A stretch of 64,000 bases of DNA, taken from positions 103,168,001 through 103,232,000 of the forward strand of contig OZ024743.1 of assembly GCA_964016885.1 (NCBI GenBank). Direction: 5' to 3'. A program made the position numbers and the translations under genes. This DNA comes from Eledone cirrhosa. Taxonomy: Eukaryota. Positions 12,985 through 24,489 of the stretch are shown here, piece after piece. How positions within the stretch are numbered: position 1 is the stretch's first letter; each line of letters opens with the position of its first letter. Below the pieces are notes generated by a model that had not been told where the DNA came from, did not search any database, and was given only the letters and a program-made list of their open reading frames with translations.

Positions 12985-13597
12985 GTCAGGTCACCAGTTG
13001 GTGCTACTGGTAACATGTATCCCAGTACAACCTGTCCCATATGTCGGGTCGTTGGCGACTAAACTGGCAACCCCACCAAGGTTTCTTGGTGAGGATGGTG
13101 ACTTTGGACATCCTGCAGGACTAAAACCAAAACTTGTCAAAGGGCAAAGGAGCTCTTAAGAGTCAATGGCCATCCAAAATCACCGGGAGAGATGACCCCT
13201 TAGCCTTTGTCAAGGCAGAATTCTAGGAGAAGGAAAACTCTGATATAACACCTGCAACCCTGATGGTATCCAATGATGTTGACTTGTTCTTCTTTTTGGT
13301 AAATATCATCTTGGTTAAGAGAGTGGGACTGGCTTTGTGCAGTGCCTTTGCTCACTATAAAAGCTTCACGACACAGGCATTGCTTTATATCTGGAGATCT
13401 CTCTGCACTTGTCGTCACATGGTACCATGGGCCCAGCACTATGTGTCAATAATTGTCACAAGTGTAGTGTTTGTACCAGAGTTTTCAAGTCGCTGGCTGG
13501 ACTAAAAAGTCACACTCGTTCAGCGCATCGGTAGGGGTTCTCCTACATGGATATAAAGTAGTGGCCGTACTCGAAAACGAGTTGGCAGCCACCATTT
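12985..13597 (+). mobile_element. Bipartite non-autonomous RTE derivative (5' UTR joined to 3' end) between (TATG)n tracts
   Basis: RTE-like leader motif tctaggagaaggaaaactctga. The 3' part (13457-13534) encodes HKCSVCTRVFKSLAGLKSHTRSAHR*, the C-terminal C2H2 motif typical of RTE ORFs. No EN or RT lies between the two parts. Confidence 0.7.
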
Positions 13598-13879
13598 TGT
13601 ATGTATGTGTGTGAATGTATGTATGTAAATATATCTATGTATTTTTGTATGTATGTTTCTACGTATGTATTATGTATGTATGCATGTATGTATGTTTGTT
13701 TGTATGGATGGATGGATGGATTTAACCGTAACTACTGATGAAAATGTTGCTAATACTGAACAGGTCTTCTTGACAGCAGTACAAGAAATTAGTTGAAGAA
13801 AAGGAAAATGTGAAGTCCTCCAATGTAAAAAGCAATGGTATGAGCTTATATAGAAGTTTTTATTTTCCAAAATACTGAA

Positions 13880-14290
13880 GGGAATCGAAACGAGAAGCTA
13901 TTACCGTGGCTAACGAATTGGGGATATGAAGATTGAGACATAGGATTTAATCTTAGCTGCGCAAGTTTAAACCATCAGAAAAATTTACGTCAGGAATAAT
14001 TTAGATAAGGAATACATCTTGTCTGCATGAATCCATAGTATTCGTGGTCAAAGAGAAGTGGTGGTGGTGCATTAATTCTCCGAATGAAAGATGCTTGCCC
14101 ATAAATAATTATACATAATTGTTAGACTTACGTTGGGGAATTTGTAAATGTTTGAATTTGAGCATGCAGAAAATTGGTACGTCTACAAACTAGAATGTGT
14201 CCTTGAAGCAAACAAACCAAAGTACAATATGAGGGGAATAGATAAACAGATAGAACATTCACACTCTGATACTGCTATACTCAAGGCGAC
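13880..14290 (+). mobile_element. Highly degenerate R4/Dong C-terminal fragment
   Basis: Remnants of WL..GDMKIET.GLILAAQ, ENWY..K.ECVLE and DKQIEHS.SD. Confidence 0.7.
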
Positions 14291-14309
14291 GAATTGGCAC
14301 AGCCGCTGG

Positions 14310-14430
14310 AACGTCGGATGGAATGCTTTGTGGTATTCATTCCGGCCCTCTCTCTCCGAAGCTAATTTTGCCTTTCATCATTTCGAGGTCGATAAAAAAA
14401 AACTACTAATCCAGTACTGGGGTCAATTTT
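14310..14430 (+). mobile_element. Degenerate SINE fragment
   Basis: ttttgcctttcatcatttcgaggtcgataaaa...cagtactggggtc. Confidence 0.7.
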
Positions 14431-14519
14431 TCCTCCCTCCCTCTCTATCTATCGATCTATCTATCTAGCTAGCCAGCTATATATTTTTCTCACTTCCTAT
14501 CAATCCCCCTTCTCTATCA

Positions 14520-14521
<2 letters not shown>

Positions 14522-14597
<76 letters not shown>

Positions 14598-14640
14598 CGC
14601 TCTCTCACTCTCCCTCTCACTCTCTCTCACACACTCTCTC
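14522..14640. repeat. (CT)n microsatellite
   Basis: Direct reading. Confidence 0.97.
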
Positions 14641-15762
14641 TGCTGTGAGTCACTACGACGCCATTTAGGAGTTACGGGTTTATATGAAATTGTTATACTC
14701 AATAAAGATGCCAGATTGACTCTCGTTGTGTCCTCAGTTTTAAAAATGGTGCGTATTGTTCCGTATCCATTACCTCTATCAATGAAAAATATTTCCTACC
14801 ATGTCTCAGAGCGAGCTGACTCCAACTCTTTGAGAGGTAGAAGGAAAGTTCGCGTAACCTTTCCAATACACAATATTTTCTTTTTCCTTCGCCAAGAAAA
14901 CATATTCTGGCAGAGAGCCGGCTGTCATATAAGCAAAATATTCTATACTTTTCGGCAAAATGTATCATATCTAAAATGTTTTCCCCTTTAAGCAGTGATT
15001 CTCAATCCTATTCTTTTTTATTTCCTATGGAGCCCTTTCATACCTATTTCAAAGCGAAAGATGCTGTCGGAGTTACGTTTACTAATGTCATTGTTTCTTG
15101 TCATGTCTTCACCATGGTGGATTTTTAGGCATTAAATTGCCCCATAAATATGTGGTTATTATTAGTTGGTCCCTTGATTGTTAGGTTTTTATTTCATATC
15201 TTCAAATCTACTTTCAAATCATTTCGCCATGGTGGTAATGGCAAAAACTATTTCAAACCTTCTAACTAAAATCATTTCAGATAAAAGAACCAGTAAATTA
15301 GGCAATTAACTAAAATTATTAAAGCTTCCAGATAATGAACTAGATGTTTTAAACAATATCTATATAATTAATTACCTATACTAACATGTCTTTCAGCAGC
15401 AAATAATCTTACCTTTTCAGAAAGATGAAGAACATTAGTTATATCACTCGATGATACTCATAGATAAGAAATATCTGCAATTAGGAATTAATATTTCTAC
15501 TACATTTACACTCCAAGACAATCGTCATATTCTGAGTAATAGTGACCAATATTTCTAAAATACCAACATTTAATGAATATTATTTTATTGGGGTTTGCAG
15601 TTACCTCTATACTAACTCACATATGGTTTTGAAATGATATACTTTATATTTTATATTTCAGATATAACTGCTTTCTTCGACATTTAGTTTTGACACGAAA
15701 AGAAGTGTCTTACTCTCTTGGATTAACTCTTGATTTTGGTATTACAAAGTAGTTCCTACTTA

Positions 15763-18700
15763 ATGGAGCGTAATACTGTTTTCCGAGGATTGGCTCTTCG
15801 ACCTGAATTTACAAGCCCATATAGTGGCAATATTCATGAAAACGGTCACTTCTTTATGAGAGATTGGTCATTTAATCCACAAAATAGAGGATCTTATTTC
15901 CATTCACCCTATCGAACAGAAATGCTTACGTCTCCAAATCATTGTGATCTTATGGGTTCTGTATATTTTAACACAAATATGATTCCTTATTCACGGCATA
16001 TACAACTTTTACCGAAGAATAATGCAATTGAATTCCCTTCTACTCATAACTCTTATAGCAATACATACTCATCTGTTGCTCCTCTAAGTCAAATTGGAAT
16101 AAATAACAATCCTATAGAAAGTATGTTTTACCCGAAATATAAAAACCCTTTAAAATACTTTTCCTACGTTATTAATGATGGCATTGTAAAACAACCACAT
16201 GCAGTTCAACCAAACAAGGATGCAGAAACACGCACTATACATTTCTGGAGATCATTCATGAATGAAGAGACATCAAATTCTACGTCGATAGAAAGTGAGA
16301 AAAGTAACTATGATGAGAATCAACAAAATAACCATAAAGCGTATTCAAATGATAATCATTCTGAAAACTGTAATGAAATACAGATGAAAAATAAATGTGA
16401 AAATTTAAATAATATCTATAATATATCTCCAAATTATTCAAGGCAAGTAAAAGATACACAAATTTTGTCTGCTGAAAGTTATAATAAAAACAAAGAGGAT
16501 AGAATCTTAACAATGACAAAAACTACTGACTTACTTCGAGCAGCAAGAAAAGAATGTGATTCTGAGGAGCCAGTAAACTTAGTTGTCCCTAATATTCGAA
16601 ATTCTGAGGAGGAAGTTGATTGTAAAATATGTAATTACTATGAGTCTCCCCAATCAAACACTAAAACGTCGAGTTTATTATCGACAATACTACTAAATGA
16701 AAACAACAAATCTTTATCTTCTCCAGCTAGTGAAAATGTAGCACGGAAGATTCTGAGAACCCCCGAGCTACAAGTGAACAATAATCCATGGCAACGGAGT
16801 ATGAAGGAAATAAATATGTCTCCATCAAATGGAAATGATAATATGAATAGAAGTATTGAAGAAGAGGCGCTAGATAATAATTTACACTTAGCATCAGATA
16901 AGAACATATATGAAAGCATGCATTATCAACCAACAAAATATACTTGGAGCACTAAAGCTATGATTTCTAATGAATATAGATCCCATAGAAATATTGGTCA
17001 TGATGAACAGCATCGTAATAATTTAAAATTGTCAAACGTGAATGTAAATGAAATGAATAACATTATAAATAATCAGTTAAAAAACTTCCCTTTTAATTCC
17101 AACCATACAAAAAACACTAGTTTAGAAGAAAAATTTAGATATGATAAGCATAATGAGCATGAAAAATTAATTGTCAGGGATCCTTCATCACATAATGGAC
17201 ATAAAAACATGGATTCTTATTGTAGTTCGGTTAATTTTACGAAATATAAAATGAATTATTGCGAAAATAAAATAGAAGTACCGCTGAATATTAGAAACAA
17301 TCAAATTGCCAATTGCAGTGGAAAGACGATTAGATATGATAAACAAATTGTATGTTCGATCCAAAGATCAAATGATAATCCCAATATCAATTTTGAAAAG
17401 GCTGCGATATCTCGTTCAGTTGAAGAGATTCGCCAGAATCAAATACTAAATAAAGTGCCAGACAAAACGTTTTCGGGGAATGAAAGTTCGGCTCGAAGTT
17501 TTCATGCAATTAATATAGAGACGAATACAGAAAAGTATCGCACAATATATTCGGCAAACGCTTGTCATAAGCTAAACGAAAATCCTTCTCTGAACGCCAT
17601 GATGGATAATAAATTGTACAAGCCAAAGCCAATACAACCAAATTCCTCTTACTCTAGTTTTCTGCTAACAAATCAGAATTATAGAAGGAATGGCGAACAA
17701 CGAAACACAGACTCAGAAAGGCAGCATTCTAAAGAGATACTTCTTAAATTAAATAATCACCCACAACATGAAAAGAAAATGTATTCCAGTGAAAATATAT
17801 CTGAGTCTGAAAATGTCGTCAACAAACACATGTTAAATATGAAAAGTAATGATTTGCAAAATAAATTTATGCACAAGAAAAACAAAGTAGTTAATTCTGA
17901 AAGCTCATCCTTACAATGTGTTTACTGTGATAAAATATTCTCTTCAACTACATTATTGAAAGAACATTTGAAGTCACATCCAGCCAATTCTCCCTATCTT
18001 TGTCCTCACTGCGATTTGAAATTTGCCTCAAAACCAAGATACATGCGACATGCACTGAAACACACTAAAGAGAAACCATATTGCTGTGAACAATGTCATA
18101 AATGTTTTACAACAGTTACCGCTTTCCATAGACATCTTCATACAAAAAGACATTCTGGTAGTAATTTATCAACTTGTAAGCAGTGTGGTCTATCGTTCAT
18201 CGATAATATATACATGAGTTTACACTTCAAAACACATACAGGTGAACATCCATTCCAGTGCGATATATGTGGAAATATATTTGCATGCAAGAACAATTTG
18301 AAAAATCATATCATGACTCATACAGGTGAGAAACCGTTCCAATGTGTTCATTGTGCTAAAAGATTTGTTACTAAGTTTTCATTAAACGTTCACACTAGAA
18401 CACACACTAAAGATTACCCATATAGTTGTAAGGTTTGTAAGAAAACGTTCTTGTGTAGTTCCAACATGACAAGTCATATGAGAAGACACACAGGGGAAAA
18501 AAGACATCAATGTTATAAATACGGTAAATTCCTTTCTAGTTTGTCGGGCATTCAAGGACATCAAAGGACTCACACAGGAGAATGCTCCTATAGTTGCAAT
18601 ATCTGTAAAAGTTCCTTCGCCAGTAGGTTCTCTTTACGAATTCACAAACGAACCCATTCTGATGAGAATCCACATCGGTGCTCTTATTGTAACAAAAGAT

Positions 18701-18933
18701 TTTCTAATAGTTCAAATATGCGTCGACATCTTCGAATTCACACGGGAGAACGGCCATATAGCTGTACATACTGTACAAAATCATTTTGTAGCAGCACTTA
18801 CCTGAAATCTCATGTCAGAACACATACAAGAGAAAAACCGTATAAATGTAAATATTGTGGCAAAGAGTTCTCGAACACACTGTGTTTCAAACAACATGTT
18901 ACTAATCACGAAAGAAAAGCGTCAAATCCCTAA
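15763..18933 (+). CDS. C2H2 zinc-finger transcription factor: 12 tandem fingers after a long Asn/Ser-rich N-terminus, single coding exon
   Basis: Uninterrupted ORF with first ATG at 15763. Twelve CxxC-x12-Hxxx(xx)H fingers with TGEKP-type linkers, finger 8 being CxxY. Splice acceptor ttttatatttcag ends at 15661. AATAAA sites near 19110, 19132 and 19306. Confidence 0.93.
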   Translation: MERNTVFRGLALRPEFTSPYSGNIHENGHFFMRDWSFNPQNRGSYFHSPYRTEMLTSPNHCDLMGSVYFNTNMIPYSRHIQLLPKNNAIEFPSTHNSYSNTYSSVAPLSQIGINNNPIESMFYPKYKNPLKYFSYVINDGIVKQPHAVQPNKDAETRTIHFWRSFMNEETSNSTSIESEKSNYDENQQNNHKAYSNDNHSENCNEIQMKNKCENLNNIYNISPNYSRQVKDTQILSAESYNKNKEDRILTMTKTTDLLRAARKECDSEEPVNLVVPNIRNSEEEVDCKICNYYESPQSNTKTSSLLSTILLNENNKSLSSPASENVARKILRTPELQVNNNPWQRSMKEINMSPSNGNDNMNRSIEEEALDNNLHLASDKNIYESMHYQPTKYTWSTKAMISNEYRSHRNIGHDEQHRNNLKLSNVNVNEMNNIINNQLKNFPFNSNHTKNTSLEEKFRYDKHNEHEKLIVRDPSSHNGHKNMDSYCSSVNFTKYKMNYCENKIEVPLNIRNNQIANCSGKTIRYDKQIVCSIQRSNDNPNINFEKAAISRSVEEIRQNQILNKVPDKTFSGNESSARSFHAINIETNTEKYRTIYSANACHKLNENPSLNAMMDNKLYKPKPIQPNSSYSSFLLTNQNYRRNGEQRNTDSERQHSKEILLKLNNHPQHEKKMYSSENISESENVVNKHMLNMKSNDLQNKFMHKKNKVVNSESSSLQCVYCDKIFSSTTLLKEHLKSHPANSPYLCPHCDLKFASKPRYMRHALKHTKEKPYCCEQCHKCFTTVTAFHRHLHTKRHSGSNLSTCKQCGLSFIDNIYMSLHFKTHTGEHPFQCDICGNIFACKNNLKNHIMTHTGEKPFQCVHCAKRFVTKFSLNVHTRTHTKDYPYSCKVCKKTFLCSSNMTSHMRRHTGEKRHQCYKYGKFLSSLSGIQGHQRTHTGECSYSCNICKSSFASRFSLRIHKRTHSDENPHRCSYCNKRFSNSSNMRRHLRIHTGERPYSCTYCTKSFCSSTYLKSHVRTHTREKPYKCKYCGKEFSNTLCFKQHVTNHERKASNP

Positions 18934-19164
18934 TCAACAGAAACATTAATATTACTTATTTGAATTCATCTTTATTTCAGTACATGTTGCATGTTTCTTT
19001 TTATTTTGATTTCTATAATCGTAAGTGTGTTCAAAATTAAATCATGAAAATGAAAACAAAATATACAAACTAAATTATAAAATACCTTTTGATTTTTCAC
19101 TGAGCCACCAAATAAAATCATTCACTGTGAAAATAAAGACGCAGACATTCATGTACAAGTTTGA

Positions 19165-19261
<97 letters not shown>

Positions 19262-19626
19262 GAAATATACACGGGTGTGTATGATTGTATATAGAAGATT
19301 ATATTAATAAAAGAATTCCAACTTTGTCTGATTTACTCGTTTTATTTACAATCCTTTAAAATTTATAATGGTATTAGAATGAAATAGTACGGTAGAATAT
19401 TAAATGTTAAGTGTTAATTGAACAAGTACTTTCACGCTTTCGCAATCTTCAGGTTCATATTCTGTGGTGACAATCAAGTTTGCAATTTTCAACTGTTGAA
19501 AATTGTAAACTTGACTGTCATTATATATATATTAAATATTTCCATAGGAAGGGTAAAGGAAAGGAGAGTGCTCTATGTAAGCTACAGAGCTATTTAGTTA
19601 TGTAATGAACAGCATGAGACAATTAT

Positions 19627-19697
19627 TCCATTTACCAAAGGTTTCACGAAGACAGACGAGCTCGACACAGACGTCTCAAATAGCTCATCAGAATGAA
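19627..19697 (-). ncRNA. Type I hammerhead ribozyme motif (probable Penelope pLTR remnant)
   Basis: Minus strand: ttcatt CTGATGA gc..(long, imperfect stem II)..gt GAAACC ttt GGTA aatgga. Stem I is 6 bp and the cleavage triplet is GUA. Confidence 0.65.
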
Positions 19698-19754
19698 AAA
19701 TGCTTAATATGGACGTAAGATATGAATTTAAAACAATTGAAAGCGGGGCTGATA

Positions 19755-21831
19755 TCTCCTTATAATATATAACCAGCAATTTCTCTGTCTGTCTGTCCGA
19801 CGCGTAGAGAGAGAGTGAGAGTGAAAGAAAGAGACAGACTACAAGAGGGGGATAGCGGGAGGGAGAGAGAGAGACGCTGGAAGAGGGGAAGGAAAGTTAT
19901 GTCTTGCTGTCTGCATTACGATACATATATATATACACACACAGACTGAGCGCGTCATAATGACGTAATGCAGACAGCCAGACATACAGACAGATATTAT
20001 AAGGGCGCAACGTTATATCTATGTATCTATCTAAAAAGAAAGACTAAGAATTATAGAAAGAGAACACTAAATCGCCTAATGCGGTCCCTAGGGCATTGAA
20101 AATTTGAAATAATTTTTGCTCAAAACACTCACAGGACCCTAAGTATTACATGTCTAAAGTTTTAAAACAATCGGTTGGATGGTTCTCAAGTTTTAGTGAG
20201 CTGACAGACAGACAGACATTCTCTGTTTTAGATATATAGACTAGCAGAAAACTGCCCACCGGGTGGTTTTCTGCTAGTCTACTTATATATATAACCAGCA
20301 ATTTCTCTGTCTGTCTGTCCGACAGTGGAAACATGTGCGTAGAGAGAGAGTGAGAGTGAAAGAAAGAGACAGACTACGAGAGGGGGGTAGCGGGAGGGAG
20401 AGAGGGAGAGTGAATAGACGCTAAAACACGTGCTATAGAAACATTACCTTCCCCTCTCCACTGACTTTGGTCACTGAGGCCGAGGGAATCGCTGGTTGCT
20501 ATAGAGACACCTTGCACAAGCCAGAAGTAAACAGTTCGAGGCGGTTCTGACTTGACACCATGCGAAGAATGTTGCCATTGAATTTGTGGTTTGAAGAAGG
20601 TTGCCATTGAATTTGTGGTTGTTGCTGCTGATAATAAGGACCATTTGAAGAAGGTTGCTGCTGATGAGGTAAGTTATTAATCAGATTGCGCAGTTCCATA
20701 ACCTACGTTTGATTTGTTCAATTTTTTTCTTCAATTTTTTTTGTTGTATTTTTTTTATTTCTTATTGAAAAAATATAAATAATAAAATAAGGTTAGAAAT
20801 TTAAATACAATTAAATACGATTTAATTTCCATTTCCAGCAGCCAATGTCCAGTGTTCAATTTCATGAAAAAATTGGAAATAATTCAAAAGATTGAAGTTT
20901 AACTTTTGAACATTTGTTTTGACAATAAAAAAATATTTCCTTATTCACACCTAATGGTATGATTAAAATTTCATAGGAATTTTTTTTCTAACCGCCAGTT
21001 ATTTATTTTCTCCTTTTTCGTTTTAACATATTTATTTCAAAGATTTCGCCGTATAGATAACATATATATTTATACATGCATAAAAGACACACCGAGAGAC
21101 GGTTAACATGTGGTGCCGAAAACATTTCTCATCCAAATCTCGACAATATCAGTATATACACTAGATTTGCTAGCAGAAAACCGCCCACCTGGTGGTTTTC
21201 TGCTAGTCTATATATCTAAAACAGAGAATGTCTTTCTGTCTGACTGACTCCCTAAAATTCGAGAACCATCCAACCGATTGTTTTCAAACTTTACACATGT
21301 AATACTTATGGTGTTGAGAGTGTTTTGAGCAAAGAACATTTCAAATTTTCAATGCCCTAGGGACCCCATTAGGCGATTTAGCGTTCTCTTTCTATAATTC
21401 TTAGACTTTCCTTTTAGATAGGTACATAGATATAACGTTGCGCCCTTATGATATCTGTCTGTATATCTGGCTGTCTGCATTACGGCATTATGACGTCGCT
21501 ATATGTGTGTGTATATATGTATATATATATAGTGTGTGTGTATATATATATATAGTGTGTAACGTTTATCGAAATATTTACTTCTGCGTTCACAGATTGA
21601 TTTTTTCAGAAGATCCCGTTAAGGGTTAAAGCAGCGATTCTTTGCTTAAACTTTAATATGTTATTTTGATATATATATATAATTATATATTCGTGTACAG
21701 ATATTTTTGCATACAATATAACAAAATATAAACAAACGTATTTATTTCACGAGGCTCGATAACGATAAATATATATCAAATATATAAGAACCCTAGAGCA
21801 AATCCCGAGCAACGCCGGGCCATTCTGTTAG
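19755..21831. mobile_element. Cluster of non-autonomous Helitrons in both orientations
   Basis: 5' ends TC-tatatatat...(tgtc)n at about 19755, 20279, 21208 (+) and 20240 (-). 3' ends with hairpin + CTAG at 20241-20277 and 21170-21207, and cccgagcaacgccggg..TTAG at 21804-21831. Segments 19950-20240 and 21208-21500 are inverted copies. Confidence 0.72.
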
Positions 21832-21884
21832 TATAATATAAAATAAACTTTCGGGAAAAAACAGAACGTAAGGTTATTGGGAAA

Positions 21885-22032
<148 letters not shown>

Positions 22033-22364
22033 TAAATCATGTCCTTAGAATCATTAGATAAAATATATACCATTTCCTCTCCCAATTAGCATAATTAACC
22101 ATATAAAAAATCAATTAGACCAAGCTATAAGAATAAAGGCTCCTATGAAGAAATTTCCCACAAATATCCGAAAGCGGCCTCTTCGCGGTGGCCCCAATAG
22201 AGTATTTATCCAACATTTCAACAGCATGTAGAAGCTGACTAAATATACCGTCAACCAAACACGATTAGGTGTAAATTCAAACTTAGAAGAAATGTGTACA
22301 TACCGTAATTATATGACCGGTTGCAACATATATATCTATGACTTTATGTATATGTAAACCTTTA

Positions 22365-22502
<138 letters not shown>

Positions 22503-22513
22503 TATATATATAT

Positions 22514-22580
22514 ATTGGAAAGACCAATGGAAACATTGTTTCCTCGGTCCGATTTGACGAAAGTCGATCGAGTAAAAAAA
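22514..22580 (+). mobile_element. Isolated SINE 3' tail, inverted relative to the SINE at 22895-23125
   Basis: attggaaagaccaatggaaacattgtttcc..ggtccgatttgacgaaagtcgatcgagtaaaaa. Confidence 0.8.
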
Positions 22581-22605
22581 AATATATATATATATATATA
22601 TAATT

Positions 22606-22642
<37 letters not shown>

Positions 22643-22894
22643 CAAATTTTAGTATAGCATTAACGGAGCTTTAATTCGCGGCCAAGCTAACGAATGCAAA
22701 TTCGGTATGTAGCTTTAGCACTCGGATGGAGAAAATACCCCAGAGTAATAACAATACGTTTAGACAGCTTAGCAAATCAAATATAGCGATCGGCAGTCCA
22801 GCCGCATCACCAGAGCAACGAAAATACATACAGGACCCAGGAAAAGATTTATATATATATATATATATAATTATATATATATATGTATATATTT

Positions 22895-23125
22895 TTTTTT
22901 TTTTACTCGATCGACTTTCGTCAAATCGGACCGGGAAAACAATGTTTCCATTGGTCTTTCCAATTGCTAATACTATCTATCAATCGCAACTCCAGGTAGA
23001 AGGAGCAACGTGAAATAAAGTGTCTTGCTCAAGGACATAACGCATCGCCTGGTCCAGGAATCGAACTCACAACCTTACGATTGCGAATCCAATTCCCAAT
23101 TCTCTAACCACTCAGCTACACTCCT
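22895..23125 (-). mobile_element. tRNA-derived CORE-type SINE (same family as 11346-11548)
   Basis: Minus strand: tagctgagtggttag (A box), gagttcgattcc (B box), tgtccttgagcaagacacttt, same tail. Confidence 0.88.
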
Positions 23126-23128
23126 TCA

Positions 23129-23363
<235 letters not shown>

Positions 23364-23587
23364 GTATACACCTACCCACATATATACTTATATATAAATA
23401 TATATATTTGTTGAATTACCACAACAAATTAAATATCCCTTTGCTTATCAAACGGTTTTGATATGTCGCATGCTCCTCTGTCCACAATTTTACGTCTCCC
23501 TTCGTACTTAACCCTATATTCTCAAATATTATTTCGAATGAACAATTATTATTTTTATCATTTACTCTGGGATACCAACATTTCAGA

Positions 23588-23695
<108 letters not shown>

Positions 23696-23785
23696 TAACA
23701 GATTGAAGTTTAAGCAAAGAATCGCTGCTTTCATCCTTAACGGAATCTTCTGAAACTAAAAAAGTCAATCTTTAAACGCAGAAGT

Positions 23786-23883
23786 ATATATTTCGAAAAA
23801 CGTTGTCTTCAAATTTATTATTATTACATATATATATATATGTAATAATAATAAATTTGAAGACAACGTTTTTCGAAATATAT
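23786..23883. repeat. Perfect 98-bp palindrome centred on (TA)6
   Basis: atatatttcgaaaaacgttgtcttcaaatttattattattaca-(ta)6-tgtaataataataaatttgaagacaacgtttttcgaaatatat. Confidence 0.97.
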
Positions 23884-24053
23884 GCTTCATTATAATATTC
23901 TGCCTTATCATCAAAAATGTTTTTATTAGCGGAGATGCGTGGAATCCGTTGTTTGACACAATTGACAATAGTGTTCTTAATAGATTTAGGATGATTAGAG
24001 TTAAAACTTACATAGTTTAGATTCTCATTAATTTTATGGAATGGGTAGTATTA

Positions 24054-24137
<84 letters not shown>

Positions 24138-24165
24138 GCACACACACACACACACACACATACAC

Positions 24166-24223
<58 letters not shown>

Positions 24224-24408
24224 ATATACATATATAAATATATATATATATATATGTGTGTGTATGTGTGTGTGTATATATTTATATATATATATATATA
24301 CATATATAAATATATATATATATATATATGTGTGTATGTGTGTGTGTATGTGTGTGTGCGTGTGTGTATGTGTTTGTGCGTGTGTGTGTGTGTGTGTATG
24401 TGTGTGTG

Positions 24409-24489
<81 letters not shown>

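Noticed and set aside
21600-21640. Hammerhead-like cagaaga..hairpin..(g)aaa (also 23720-23755 on the minus strand)
   Set aside because: Core U4 is altered and stems I and III do not pair.
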